Of a stretch of 64,000 nt of DNA, positions 28,706 to 39,261 are shown in pieces; the first letter of the stretch is position 1; each line of letters begins with the position of its first letter. The stretch is taken from NCBI GenBank assembly GCA_017852795.1, contig JAFMKU010000002.1, forward strand, positions 9,221-73,220, read 5' to 3'. Under the pieces are notes generated by a model that had not been told where the DNA came from, did no database searches, and worked only from the letters and a program-made list of their open reading frames with translations. The position numbers and the translations under genes are program-made. The stretch comes from Candidatus Neomicrothrix sp. (lineage in GTDB: Bacteria; Actinomycetota; Acidimicrobiia; Acidimicrobiales; Aldehydirespiratoraceae).

Positions 28706-30163
28706 TTAGAGATACACGATCCCGCGTTCGAGGTGGACCTCAGCACCAATGAGTTCCCGGGAGGTGGCGGCGGTCATCGCCTCCGGGTCGGTGCTGGTGA
28801 CCCAGAGCCGGCCACCGTCGTTGCTTCGGGCAATAGCCACCAACCGTTCAGGCCCGTGATGACCGTATTCGACGGTGACCCCTTCAACGGTGCCGGCCCC
28901 GGTGAGGTCCGGATCGGCTCGTGGCACCACGGGTCGGCTGTGGTCGAAGTTGGTGATGTCGGCCATCTGGTCTGGGGGTGTTGTCGAGAACACCCCGAGG
29001 GCGTGTTTGGCGGTGTGCCCACCGTTGCCTTGCACCAGTCCCATCGCCCCCGGATTGTTGCGAAGCTGGCGAATCATGGCGATCAACGACTGGCCGGCGG
29101 CAAAGTTCAGGGGTGCCCCCATGAATCCGAGGCCTCCGCTGACCGTCAGCGGTCGAGTGCGATCAACTCCCATCACCGCGGTGCTGTAGCGGACGATCGA
29201 AGGGAAGCAGCCGTACAGGTCAATGTGGTCGAAATCGTTGATCGGACCCCAGCGGTGGGTCACTGCGTTAACGGCCGCGTCCAGCCCCGGTACCGACGGC
29301 AGCGCCGCTCGGGTCAACAACACGTCGGTGTCGGCGGCGGTCACGGTGCCGTGCAGATAGACGGCTTGTTCCGGAGCGAGTCCCAGCCTTTGGGCTGCTT
29401 CGAGGCTGGTCAGGATCACCGCACCGGCTTGATCCACCCGGTTGTTGGCACACATCGCCTTGGTGTACGGCCAGGCCACCATCCGGTTGGTCGCCGATGG
29501 GTTACGGATCTCAGCCGCGCTCGCCGCCGGGGTAGGGGGCAGGTCCGGGTTGCTGGCCGCCACCGACGCATAGCCCTCCCAGAGCGTCGCGGCGAGGTCT
29601 CGGGACGCATCAAGGGTTTCGTTGGCGGCCGCCCGCAGAATGCTCTCAAACACCGCGTAGGTGTTGCGGGGCAGATCACCACCGCGTTCTCGGTCGATGG
29701 GTGCATCCATGATCAACGGGGCACCCCAGGCTTCGGGCGGATCGTCGGCGGGATGGTCGGCTGGCTTCGGTCGGTCACGTCCGGCTTTGCGAAGTTCGTC
29801 TCGGCTGGCGTTGGCTTCACCACCGACCATCACGGCAACGTCAAGGTCCCCTCGACGAATACGGTCCCCGAGTTCGGCGATGAACGCCACCGGCGTGTTG
29901 CCACCCCAGGTGGTGAGCACGGAGGCGCATTCGGGGGCACCGACGGCTCGACCGATGACCTGGCCCGGGTTGGGATGAGAAAACAATCCGTTGCACACCC
30001 CGATCAGATCGATATTCGATCCGGCCAGTCCCGCATCGGCCAGAGCCGCCCGGACCGCGTCGATCATCAGGTCGACCGGCTGGTTTGGTTCTTCGGCTCG
30101 GGGGTGGGGGAGCACGACTTGGGACCGGCCGACGAGTACAGGAGTTCGGGGGGAAAGAGTCAC
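28706..30163 (-). CDS. thiolase-like protein (acetyl-CoA acetyltransferase/lipid-transfer-protein-like)
   Basis: Thiolase-fold-like segments VAVMVGGEA, DLYGCFPS and GGLGFMGAPLN. ORF opens at 30349, but its Arg-rich N-terminus would run through the divergent SDR start, so GTG 30163 is preferred. Confidence 0.6.
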   Translation of the reverse strand: MTLSPRTPVLVGRSQVVLPHPRAEEPNQPVDLMIDAVRAALADAGLAGSNIDLIGVCNGLFSHPNPGQVIGRAVGAPECASVLTTWGGNTPVAFIAELGDRIRRGDLDVAVMVGGEANASRDELRKAGRDRPKPADHPADDPPEAWGAPLIMDAPIDRERGGDLPRNTYAVFESILRAAANETLDASRDLAATLWEGYASVAASNPDLPPTPAASAAEIRNPSATNRMVAWPYTKAMCANNRVDQAGAVILTSLEAAQRLGLAPEQAVYLHGTVTAADTDVLLTRAALPSVPGLDAAVNAVTHRWGPINDFDHIDLYGCFPSIVRYSTAVMGVDRTRPLTVSGGLGFMGAPLNFAAGQSLIAMIRQLRNNPGAMGLVQGNGGHTAKHALGVFSTTPPDQMADITNFDHSRPVVPRADPDLTGAGTVEGVTVEYGHHGPERLVAIARSNDGGRLWVTSTDPEAMTAATSRELIGAEVHLERGIVYL

Positions 30164-30204
30164 CGGCGTAGGGTAGGGCCCGTTGACCGTTGAGAGGAAC
30201 ACCG

Positions 30205-31008
30205 ATGACTGTGAGCCCTGATCAAATTCTGTTGACCGACCGGGTTGCGGTCGTGACCGGCGCGGGTCAAGGAATTGGTGAAGCCGCGGCGCGAGCGCTG
30301 GCCCAGTTTGGTTGCCGAGTCGCGATCTGCGATTGGAACGCCGAAACACTGGCCACGACCGCCGAAACGATCCGGGCTTCGGGAGGCACCGTGCTCAGCT
30401 CAGTGCTCGACGTTCGCGACCCGGCGGCGGTCGAAGCGTTCATCGGTGAGGTGGCCGGGGAGTTCGGTTCGATCAACGTGCTGGTCAACAACGTGGGAGG
30501 TGGCTTTCACGCCGTGTTCCAAACCGTGTCCGCTAACGGCGAAGCCGCCCTGATCGCGGAGAACTTCGCCACCGTAACGAACTGTCTGCGTTCGGCGATT
30601 CCTCACCTTGCCGAGGGAGCGTCGATCGTGAACGTCACTTCGGTCGAAGCCCACCATGCGTCCCCTGGGTTCGGGGTGTACGGCGCCATGAAAGCCGCGG
30701 TGGAGCAGTTCACCAAGACGCTGGCGTTGGAACTCGCCGACCGCGGGGTGCGGGTCAACTGTGTCGCCCCCGACATGATCCCAACCCCCGGCGATGCTGG
30801 TCTGGCCGGTGACAGCAGCGCCATGTCCGACGAGCACTTCCCGACGCCGTTGCGGCGCATGGGTTCGGTTGACGAATGCGCTTCGGTGATCGTGTTTCTG
30901 GCTTCAGATTTGGCATCGTTCGTCACGGGTTCGTCCATTCCGGTCGATGGGGGAACCACCGCCGGCGCGGCCTGGAAAGTGGCGCGCGACGGCCACTTCA
31001 GGATGTGA
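30205..31008 (+). CDS. SDR family oxidoreductase
   Basis: VTGAGQGIGEAAA, NNVG and YGAMKAA motifs. SD GAGAGGA upstream of ATG 30205. Confidence 0.88.
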   Translation: MTVSPDQILLTDRVAVVTGAGQGIGEAAARALAQFGCRVAICDWNAETLATTAETIRASGGTVLSSVLDVRDPAAVEAFIGEVAGEFGSINVLVNNVGGGFHAVFQTVSANGEAALIAENFATVTNCLRSAIPHLAEGASIVNVTSVEAHHASPGFGVYGAMKAAVEQFTKTLALELADRGVRVNCVAPDMIPTPGDAGLAGDSSAMSDEHFPTPLRRMGSVDECASVIVFLASDLASFVTGSSIPVDGGTTAGAAWKVARDGHFRM

Positions 31009-31015
31009 TCGCCGG

Positions 31016-31825
31016 CTAGGCCGGGCGACGGTTACGCACCACCACCGACTGGCTCGCTACTGCTTGCAGGTTGCCTCGCTCGTCCCAGATCCGCAGTTGC
31101 CCGTGCCCGAAACCGTTGCGGATCCCGGCTGCTTCGATGTCGAGCAGATACCACTCGCTCGGATCGACGTTCATGATCCTCAGGGTGTTGTCGAGACTGT
31201 TTGAGGTGACCGGGGAGGAGACGATGGTGCCGATCCCCATTGGCACAAAATCGCCGAGCACCGAAAGGGTGGCGGCGCTGTTTTGCAGTTCGTCGGGCGG
31301 CCGGGCCCAGAGGCACACCCGGCCCGGTCCGTGACCGGTCGGCCCACCTCGGTCGTCGCCGGTGGTGCGAGCGAAGCGAAGGTCGATGTGTTTGCCGAGC
31401 GAATCGGCGTCGTAGTCGTACTCTCGGCTTTTGCATTCCGCGGGGGGTCGAGCGGTTGGTGCGAGCGGCCAGGTGGCATCAAGGGCCAGGTCTCGTTTCC
31501 CGAGGGCACCAATAACGGTGATGATCTCCCGATCACCGACTCGTCCAATGATCCGGGCCTGACTGGTTTGTTTGCCGGTAACCGACACATGCACGTCGAG
31601 ATCCATGATCTCTCCGACCGGTGCGAAGTCCAGATACTGGGCGGTAGCCCAGACCAGTGGGCGACCGGTGGTTTCTTCTAATGCGGTGGTGGCGGCGGCC
31701 AACCCGGCTCCACCGAACAGGAATCGTTCGCGAACGCTGATGTGGGGGCGGATCGGTAGATACCAACGGTTCGGGTTGTGGGTGGCTTCAAGCCCAAGCC
31801 ACTGCCTCGGTGAGATCGCGGTCAT
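31016..31825 (-). CDS. acyl-CoA thioesterase II-like (double hotdog)
   Basis: Start ATG 31825 (ATGA overlap with the upstream hydrolase). TesB-like FGGAGLAAATTALEETTGRPLVWATAQYL. Confidence 0.72.
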   Translation of the reverse strand: MTAISPRQWLGLEATHNPNRWYLPIRPHISVRERFLFGGAGLAAATTALEETTGRPLVWATAQYLDFAPVGEIMDLDVHVSVTGKQTSQARIIGRVGDREIITVIGALGKRDLALDATWPLAPTARPPAECKSREYDYDADSLGKHIDLRFARTTGDDRGGPTGHGPGRVCLWARPPDELQNSAATLSVLGDFVPMGIGTIVSSPVTSNSLDNTLRIMNVDPSEWYLLDIEAAGIRNGFGHGQLRIWDERGNLQAVASQSVVVRNRRPA

Positions 31826-32637
31826 TGGAGTACACGCCGGATCTCGTCGGCGGCCCGCTGCGGGTTGGTAAACGGCCCGAAGTGGGTGTCGTCGGTCCAC
31901 GCCACGAACTGACTGTGGGGGATTTGCTCAGCGATCATCGGGGCAAGCTGGGCTGGGTGGCCTCCGTCGCCGCTGCCCACGATCGTGACCGGTGCCTGGA
32001 TGGTTGGGAGTTGAGCGAACAGTTCCGGGTCCACCCCTTCGAACGTTCGGGCCTCGGTTTCTGGCGCGCATTTGAGCGTGACCTCATCACCGTCGGGTCG
32101 GAAACCGAACCTGACGTAGTCGTCGAGCACGGCCGGATCGATGGCATCAAAGGGGGGTCGTGACCCGTAGCGTTCCCGAGCCGCGGCGTAGTCATCGAAA
32201 CTGGGGCGTCGCCGCCGGGCCGATTCGGCGAGCGGGCTGGGGCGTTCTTCGGCGGTCGGGAGCACGATCGGTTCGTACAGCCAGGCTCGCCGGATGGTTC
32301 CGGGCCGCCGCAGTTCGGTAGCCAGCACGGTGGCACCTCCCATGGAGTGACCGACAAAGTCGATGGGGGTATCGATACCGAGATGGTCGAGGACGGCGCA
32401 GAGGTCGTCGGCCATACCAGCCCACGCGAACCGGCCGTTTTCGGGTATCGACGAATCGCCGTGGCCGCGCAGATCCGGGGCGTGGCAGGTTCGAAAATCG
32501 GCGAGGTGGTTGGCGATCTGTTGGTAGCAGCGGCCGTGGAATCCGGTGGCGTGGACGAACAGCAGCAGTGTTCCGGTGCCGCCGAGATCGTGGATGGCGA
32601 GCTCGACCTGATCGCTGGAACGGGTCGTTGTGGTCAC
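31822..32637 (-). CDS. alpha/beta hydrolase
   Basis: HATGFHG oxyanion region and GHSMGG nucleophile elbow. Confidence 0.8.
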   Translation of the reverse strand: MTTTTRSSDQVELAIHDLGGTGTLLLFVHATGFHGRCYQQIANHLADFRTCHAPDLRGHGDSSIPENGRFAWAGMADDLCAVLDHLGIDTPIDFVGHSMGGATVLATELRRPGTIRRAWLYEPIVLPTAEERPSPLAESARRRRPSFDDYAAARERYGSRPPFDAIDPAVLDDYVRFGFRPDGDEVTLKCAPETEARTFEGVDPELFAQLPTIQAPVTIVGSGDGGHPAQLAPMIAEQIPHSQFVAWTDDTHFGPFTNPQRAADEIRRVLQ

Positions 32638-33152
32638 GAGGACCCTTCGGGCAGGAGGTAGTAGCCGTCGTCGTCGGCTGCGACTCCAAGGACAGTCATA
32701 AACCGTCCATTTCCGAGGGTCATGGCACAGAGAGCGGCGAGTTCGATGATTTCGATGTCGCTGAAGTGGTCGCGGACCTCGGCCATGAAGTCGTCGTCGA
32801 TGGCGTGGTGTTGGTGGGCGAACCGGTCAGCGAACTCGGCGGCGAGTTGTTCTCGTTGGTCGAGTCCGTCAAGGCCCTGGGTGGCACCGACCGGGCAGCT
32901 CACGACCTCGTTCACTGACTGTTCGCTGAACCCGTCGGCATCGGCTCGGGGTGAGCGGGTGTTGAGACAGACCGGGCAACCGTTCGCGGCGGCGATCCGT
33001 AACCGGGCCACTTCACGCAGCCGAGCCGGTAGCGAAGTCTGTTCATAGATCGCGGTTGCGTAGGCCCCCATGCCGATCGCAACTTGGGGTTGCATCATCA
33101 GCAGTCGTTCTCGTTCGAGTCCGGAGCCGGCGGGGACGTCGATTCGTGCCAT
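32634..33152 (-). CDS. carboxymuconolactone decarboxylase (AhpD-like) family protein
   Basis: 172 aa with CPVC motif in an all-helical context. Confidence 0.7.
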   Translation of the reverse strand: MARIDVPAGSGLERERLLMMQPQVAIGMGAYATAIYEQTSLPARLREVARLRIAAANGCPVCLNTRSPRADADGFSEQSVNEVVSCPVGATQGLDGLDQREQLAAEFADRFAHQHHAIDDDFMAEVRDHFSDIEIIELAALCAMTLGNGRFMTVLGVAADDDGYYLLPEGSS

Positions 33153-33197
33153 ACGGTGATCCTAGGAGGCGTCGGTGGGCTCCGACGCATTTCGTGA

Positions 33198-33986
33198 TTA
33201 CCTGCTTCGGTTGGGATGGTCGAGTAGCAGCGCCGCCCAGTCACCTTCGGAGATCCGGTGGGTGATCGTGCGTTGATGGGCAGCAGCGGCCCGAGTTTCT
33301 TGGGCACCGGTTAGCACTCCGGCAACGATCAACCGGTCGGGAAGGAACGGTCGTAGGAGCGGACCGAGTTGTTCGTGAAGGTCGATGGTGACGTTCAACA
33401 CGGCGAGGTCGCAGCCGGTGATAGTCGCCGCGGTGTCTCGGAGGTCGCCGATCTGGGTCGTGACCCGGTCGGCAACGCCGTTGCGTCGGGCGTTCTCGGC
33501 GATGATCGCGGCGGCGTCCGGGTCGAGTTCGTAGGCGGCGGCGTAGCCCCCGAGCCGGGCGGCGGCTACCGACAACACCCCACTGCCGGCACCGAGGTCA
33601 GCCACCCGAATGTCGTGGCCGACCAGCTCGGACAGCATGGTGAGAGCCAACCGGGTCGAAGGGTGGCTGCCGCTGCCGAAGGTCCGGCCCGGGTCGATCC
33701 CGAGCGTGCGTTCGTCGCTGTCGGTCGTCCAGGCCGGGGCGAGCAGAAATCCTCCCGCCGAGGTGGTGGTAGCGAAGGCTCGCCATTGGTCGGCTCCTTC
33801 GTGGTCGTCCACTGCGGTGATGGTCCCACCAACTTCGGTGACGGCCCGCTCGGCCGCCAACCGGTCGGTGAACGCGGCCCGAAACAGCCCGTCGAGTTCT
33901 TCCACTCCTACGGCACCAAACTCCCAGAGGGCATCGGCGAGCAGTTCAGGGTTCGGCAAGACCGAAACCTCAACGAGGTAATGCAC
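33198..33986 (-). CDS. PrmA-like (ribosomal protein L11) methyltransferase
   Basis: GSGSHPST and VADLGAGSGVLSVAAARLG motifs. GTG 33986 chosen because the ORF-track extension to 34181 overlaps the PAC2 gene. Confidence 0.7.
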   Translation of the reverse strand: MHYLVEVSVLPNPELLADALWEFGAVGVEELDGLFRAAFTDRLAAERAVTEVGGTITAVDDHEGADQWRAFATTTSAGGFLLAPAWTTDSDERTLGIDPGRTFGSGSHPSTRLALTMLSELVGHDIRVADLGAGSGVLSVAAARLGGYAAAYELDPDAAAIIAENARRNGVADRVTTQIGDLRDTAATITGCDLAVLNVTIDLHEQLGPLLRPFLPDRLIVAGVLTGAQETRAAAAHQRTITHRISEGDWAALLLDHPNRSR

Positions 33987-33988
33987 CG

Positions 33989-34840
33989 CTACTCGCCCTG
34001 TTGACGCAGGAAACGTTCGAATTCGGCCGCTAACTCGTCGCCGTCGGGTAGTTGCGCTTCGGTTCGCCGGTCGTAGCGCTCTTCGAGTCGGCGCACGTAA
34101 CCCTGGATGTCGTCGTTGCCCATGGTGGCTTCGTTCACCCGTTGTTCCCAGGCTCGGGCTTCGTCGCTGAGATCCGCCCAACCAGTGGGCAGCCCGGTGA
34201 TCCGTTCGAAGCGTTCGAGCAGCGCCCTTGACGCTTTCGGGTTAGGCGATCCAGCCACGTAATGAGGAACCGATGCCCGCAGCGACACCGCAGGGACACC
34301 TCCTCGTTCAAGGCGTTCGTGGAGCACCCCGATCACACCGGTTGGGCCTTGATAGGAAGGTTGGTCGAGCCGCATGACGCTGGCCAGGTCGGCATCGGTG
34401 GTTGACCCGGTGATGGTCGGTGGTCGGGTGTGGGGGATTTCGGCCACCATCGCCCCGAAGGTCACCACCAACGCGGCGTCGACCACTTCGGCAACTTCGT
34501 TGATGATTTCGGAAAACGTGCGCCACAGCAGGTGAGGTTCGACCCCGTCGATCAGTACCAAATCGCGGGTTTGGTCGGGCAGGTTGAGGATGTGGATCCG
34601 GTGGTCGGGCCAGTCGATCACCCGGCTGCCTTGCTCATCGAACCCGATGGTGGGACGCCGTTCGCTGTAATCAAAAAAGGTGTCTCCGTCGATCTCACCA
34701 ACCTCAACGCTGCCGAACTGTCGCAGCATCTCCAGCGCGCCGGTGGCGGCACCACCAACATCGAACAGACCTTCGAAGGCGGTAACGAGAATGGGTGATC
34801 GCAGCGGTGGAAGTTCGCGGGTCCAGTGCAGCAAGGTCAC
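33989..34840 (-). CDS. PAC2 (proteasome assembly chaperone 2-like) family protein
   Basis: PILVTAFEGLFDVGGAA N-terminus, GPTGVIGVL, and an acidic C-terminal tail. GTG start. Confidence 0.75.
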   Translation of the reverse strand: MTLLHWTRELPPLRSPILVTAFEGLFDVGGAATGALEMLRQFGSVEVGEIDGDTFFDYSERRPTIGFDEQGSRVIDWPDHRIHILNLPDQTRDLVLIDGVEPHLLWRTFSEIINEVAEVVDAALVVTFGAMVAEIPHTRPPTITGSTTDADLASVMRLDQPSYQGPTGVIGVLHERLERGGVPAVSLRASVPHYVAGSPNPKASRALLERFERITGLPTGWADLSDEARAWEQRVNEATMGNDDIQGYVRRLEERYDRRTEAQLPDGDELAAEFERFLRQQGE

Positions 34841-34861
34841 GACGTCAGCATGCCCGAGCGG

Positions 34862-34884
34862 CCGGTGCTTTTGCGAGGCACCGG
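34862..34884 (-). terminator. candidate hairpin terminator after the amidohydrolase gene
   Basis: CCGGTGC-N9-GCACCGG begins 4 nt after the stop codon. No U-tract follows. Confidence 0.3.
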
Positions 34885-34888
34885 TGGT

Positions 34889-35791
34889 CTAGTTGAGGCG
34901 CAGAACCCGGCGGGCGTTGTCACGCAGGAACTTGGGCCAGACGTCATCGTTAAACGGCACGTCACGGAGTTCGGTGAAGATCCGGTCGAGCGACAGACCC
35001 ATCGGGAAGTAGCCGGCGTAGATGATCTTGTCGGCACCGCGAGTGTTGGCGTAATCGATGATGGCTTTCGGATAGTGCTTGGGGGAGAAAGCCGATGTCG
35101 AGTAGTGCAACCCGGGCCATTTGAGCATGAGCTTGACCGCGAGCGCTTCCCATGGCTCACAGCCGTGGCGGGTCACGAAGGTCAACTCCGGGAAGTCGTA
35201 CATGACTTGGTCGATGCGTTCGACGTGCTGAGGCCAGAACGGCACTCGAGGGCCAGGGATTCCGGCACAGCAGAAGATCGGGATGTCGAGTTCGCAGCAC
35301 AGGGCATACAGCGGGTACATCTGAGGGGCGTCGATCGCCACCTGAGGTACCCGGCCCGACGGGAACGCCGTGATGGCTTTCAGGCCGATCTCGTCGTGGA
35401 GCCGACGAACGGTCCGGATGGCGTTAACCCCTTCGTTGGGGTCGGGTTCGAAACAGGGAATGAACCGGTCGGGATGGTTGACGGCACAGTCCCAACCGTG
35501 GCCTTCTCCATCGGCGCGCACACCGACCATGGCCATCTCCACCCCACAGCGGTCCATGAACGGCAGCAGCAGCTCTGCGCCTTGCGGCGGGTCGATCAGG
35601 TCGCCTTCGGGACTACGGGCCTGATCAGAGAACGGCACGTCCTTGAACATGTATTGCGCCGGGAAGTTCATCTGGGACGATTCGGCGTCTTTGAGCGCCT
35701 GTTCGAGGAACTTGTAACGATCCTTGCCGTAGTTCCCTGCTGTCGTCCCCATCATGGTGTCAATGGCACCGATGTTGTCCGGAAAACCCAT
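34889..35791 (-). CDS. amidohydrolase-2 (TIM-barrel metal hydrolase/decarboxylase) family protein, paralog A
   Basis: 300 aa. Its C-terminal half is highly similar to the gene at 55757..56623. Confidence 0.75.
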   Translation of the reverse strand: MGFPDNIGAIDTMMGTTAGNYGKDRYKFLEQALKDAESSQMNFPAQYMFKDVPFSDQARSPEGDLIDPPQGAELLLPFMDRCGVEMAMVGVRADGEGHGWDCAVNHPDRFIPCFEPDPNEGVNAIRTVRRLHDEIGLKAITAFPSGRVPQVAIDAPQMYPLYALCCELDIPIFCCAGIPGPRVPFWPQHVERIDQVMYDFPELTFVTRHGCEPWEALAVKLMLKWPGLHYSTSAFSPKHYPKAIIDYANTRGADKIIYAGYFPMGLSLDRIFTELRDVPFNDDVWPKFLRDNARRVLRLN

Positions 35792-35854
35792 GCTTCCCCC
35801 TGCGTGTTGTGTCGGCCGAGACCCTAACCCAGGGGGCCGGAACCGGCGAAGTCG

Positions 35855-37318
35855 TCAGCGCAGGTAGAGGTATTGGGCGTCGACGAACAGATGGTCGACA
35901 CCGGCGTCGTGCAGGTGCCCGGACAGGTTGACGGTTTCTGATTCGCCATGGAACTGCATGCCGTGATCGGCGAGCAGCACCACCGCGGTCCGCTCCAAGC
36001 GTCCCGCTTGTTCGATGGCGTGCAGGATTTCACCGGTCCGGCCGTCGCTGTCGGCGATTGCTGCGCGGACCATGTCGCTGTGAGGGCCGCCTTCGTGGCC
36101 GGCGGCGTCGGTGAGGTTCAGCGTGAACCAGGAATAGCGGGGGAGTGCCCCGTACTCGCCTTGCCAGATGCGGCAGGCCTGCTTGGTTGAGTGAGCATCC
36201 CAGACGCTGGCTTGACGGTACGGCGTGACGTGAAGGAAGTCGTCGGTTCGGTGGCGGCGTCGGTCGTCGTCGGTGAGTTCGCCAAGACGCTCACCGGAAG
36301 CCATCTGTGCATAGGTGGAATAGTCGGCGCCCCGATCGGCGTATTCGTAGGTGGTGACCGTGAACGCATCAGGGTCGCTTCGTTTGATGGCCTCGTGCAG
36401 CGTTTCTACCCCAGGGGCGAGATGGTCACGACTGTTGATCATCTGCGGGTAGTCGAGCAGGTCGACGAGGGTGTCGGTGGCGCGTTCGTACCAGGTGTTG
36501 TGCAGGATCCCGGACCGACCGGGGAGCACACCGGTTCCCTGAGTGGTGTGGTTGGCCAGCGTTGCGGTGGGTAGCGCAGCAAGACAGCCATGCCGGTAGG
36601 CAGTGCCTCGTTCGATCAGCGAAGCCACGTGAGGGGCGAGCCCGTTCTCGGCTGCTTCGTGAAGGGCGTTGGCGTTGACCCCATCCCAGAGCAGGACCAC
36701 GACATGGTCGGGTCGGGTGTCGTAGTCGATCAGGTCGCGGACCTCGTTGCCGTCCTGCATGGCGAGACGGTTGCCGCCGCGTGGTCGATGCCGGCCGTCG
36801 ATGCCGTCGCTGACCGGTAGCTGTAACAGTGCGGCGAGCGTGGGGGCGACGTCAACGGACCGGAGATGTTCGGGAACGATTCCTTGAGCCCGAATACCGG
36901 GACCGGCAGCGATGAACGGTGCCCGAGCTTGGCTGGTGCCCAGCGATCCGTGGTCACCGGCGTTGCCGTGATAGCGGTACTCGGGTGAGTGCAACACGAC
37001 CAGATCAGGGGCGTGTGGCGAATCGAAATACTGGATGATCGATTCCATCGCCAGCGGTGTGGCGTGCCGGCCGAGCCGCTGGTCAGCACCGGTTTGTTCG
37101 TCTCGGGAATGCAGGCGTTGGTCGTGGGCCGGGTTGGTGAGCGGATGCTCACCGTGTTCGCTGACCACGACCGGTTCTCCGTCGACCCCTTCGACAAATT
37201 CGATGGCTCCCTGATGGCTGGCGACCCGGAACCCGGTGTTGGTTCGTCGAATGGTGGCGTCGACCACCGAAGTGAGTGACGGATCGGTCAGGACCGCTTC
37301 CGCGGTTTCGGCGCTCAT
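35855..37318 (-). CDS. alkaline phosphatase superfamily / nucleotide pyrophosphatase-phosphodiesterase-like protein
   Basis: VVVLLWDGVNA (metal Asp), LPTATLANHTTQGTG (nucleophile Thr region), LTDAAGHEGGP, LLADHGM. An N-terminal GDHGSLG...APFIAAGPG...DVAPTLAALL block is also present. Confidence 0.75.
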   Translation of the reverse strand: MSAETAEAVLTDPSLTSVVDATIRRTNTGFRVASHQGAIEFVEGVDGEPVVVSEHGEHPLTNPAHDQRLHSRDEQTGADQRLGRHATPLAMESIIQYFDSPHAPDLVVLHSPEYRYHGNAGDHGSLGTSQARAPFIAAGPGIRAQGIVPEHLRSVDVAPTLAALLQLPVSDGIDGRHRPRGGNRLAMQDGNEVRDLIDYDTRPDHVVVLLWDGVNANALHEAAENGLAPHVASLIERGTAYRHGCLAALPTATLANHTTQGTGVLPGRSGILHNTWYERATDTLVDLLDYPQMINSRDHLAPGVETLHEAIKRSDPDAFTVTTYEYADRGADYSTYAQMASGERLGELTDDDRRRHRTDDFLHVTPYRQASVWDAHSTKQACRIWQGEYGALPRYSWFTLNLTDAAGHEGGPHSDMVRAAIADSDGRTGEILHAIEQAGRLERTAVVLLADHGMQFHGESETVNLSGHLHDAGVDHLFVDAQYLYLR

Positions 37319-37343
37319 CGGCCGAACACTACTCCTCGTGCTG

Positions 37344-37371
37344 TTGACATTCGCTCCAACCGGGTTAGCGT
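37344..37371 (+). promoter_or_regulatory. candidate promoter of the leuA leader
   Basis: TTGACA (37344..37349), 16-nt spacer, TAGCGT (37366..37371, TAnnnT type). Predicted TSS about 37378. Confidence 0.4.
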
Positions 37372-37378
37372 GTTCTTC

Positions 37379-37413
37379 GTGAGTTGCTTCTCAACCCTTC
37401 TGCTTCTCGTGTA

Positions 37414-37414
<1 letters not shown>
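37379..37414 (+). CDS. putative leuA leader peptide V/M-SCFSTLLLLV (four consecutive Leu codons)
   Basis: GTG 37379 (in-frame alternative GTG 37370), CTT CTG CTT CTC at 37397..37408, TAG at 37412..37414. Too short for the ORF track. Confidence 0.45.
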
Positions 37415-39244
<1,830 letters not shown>

Positions 39245-39261
39245 CCCGTACGGTACCGAGC

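Noticed and set aside
28733-30193. 486-aa plus-strand ORF antisense to the thiolase-like gene. Similar long antisense ORFs occur at 21715..22845, 37916..38902, 61131..62111, 53031..54068, 12340..13302, 34826..35827, 5359..6234, 7031..7900, 3239..4159 and 43782..44567.
   Set aside because: In every case the opposite strand carries strong family motifs (ABC, LeuA, MeaB, SDR, amidohydrolase, cyclase, HemY and others). The antisense translations are Arg/Gly/Pro/Val-rich with no motifs.
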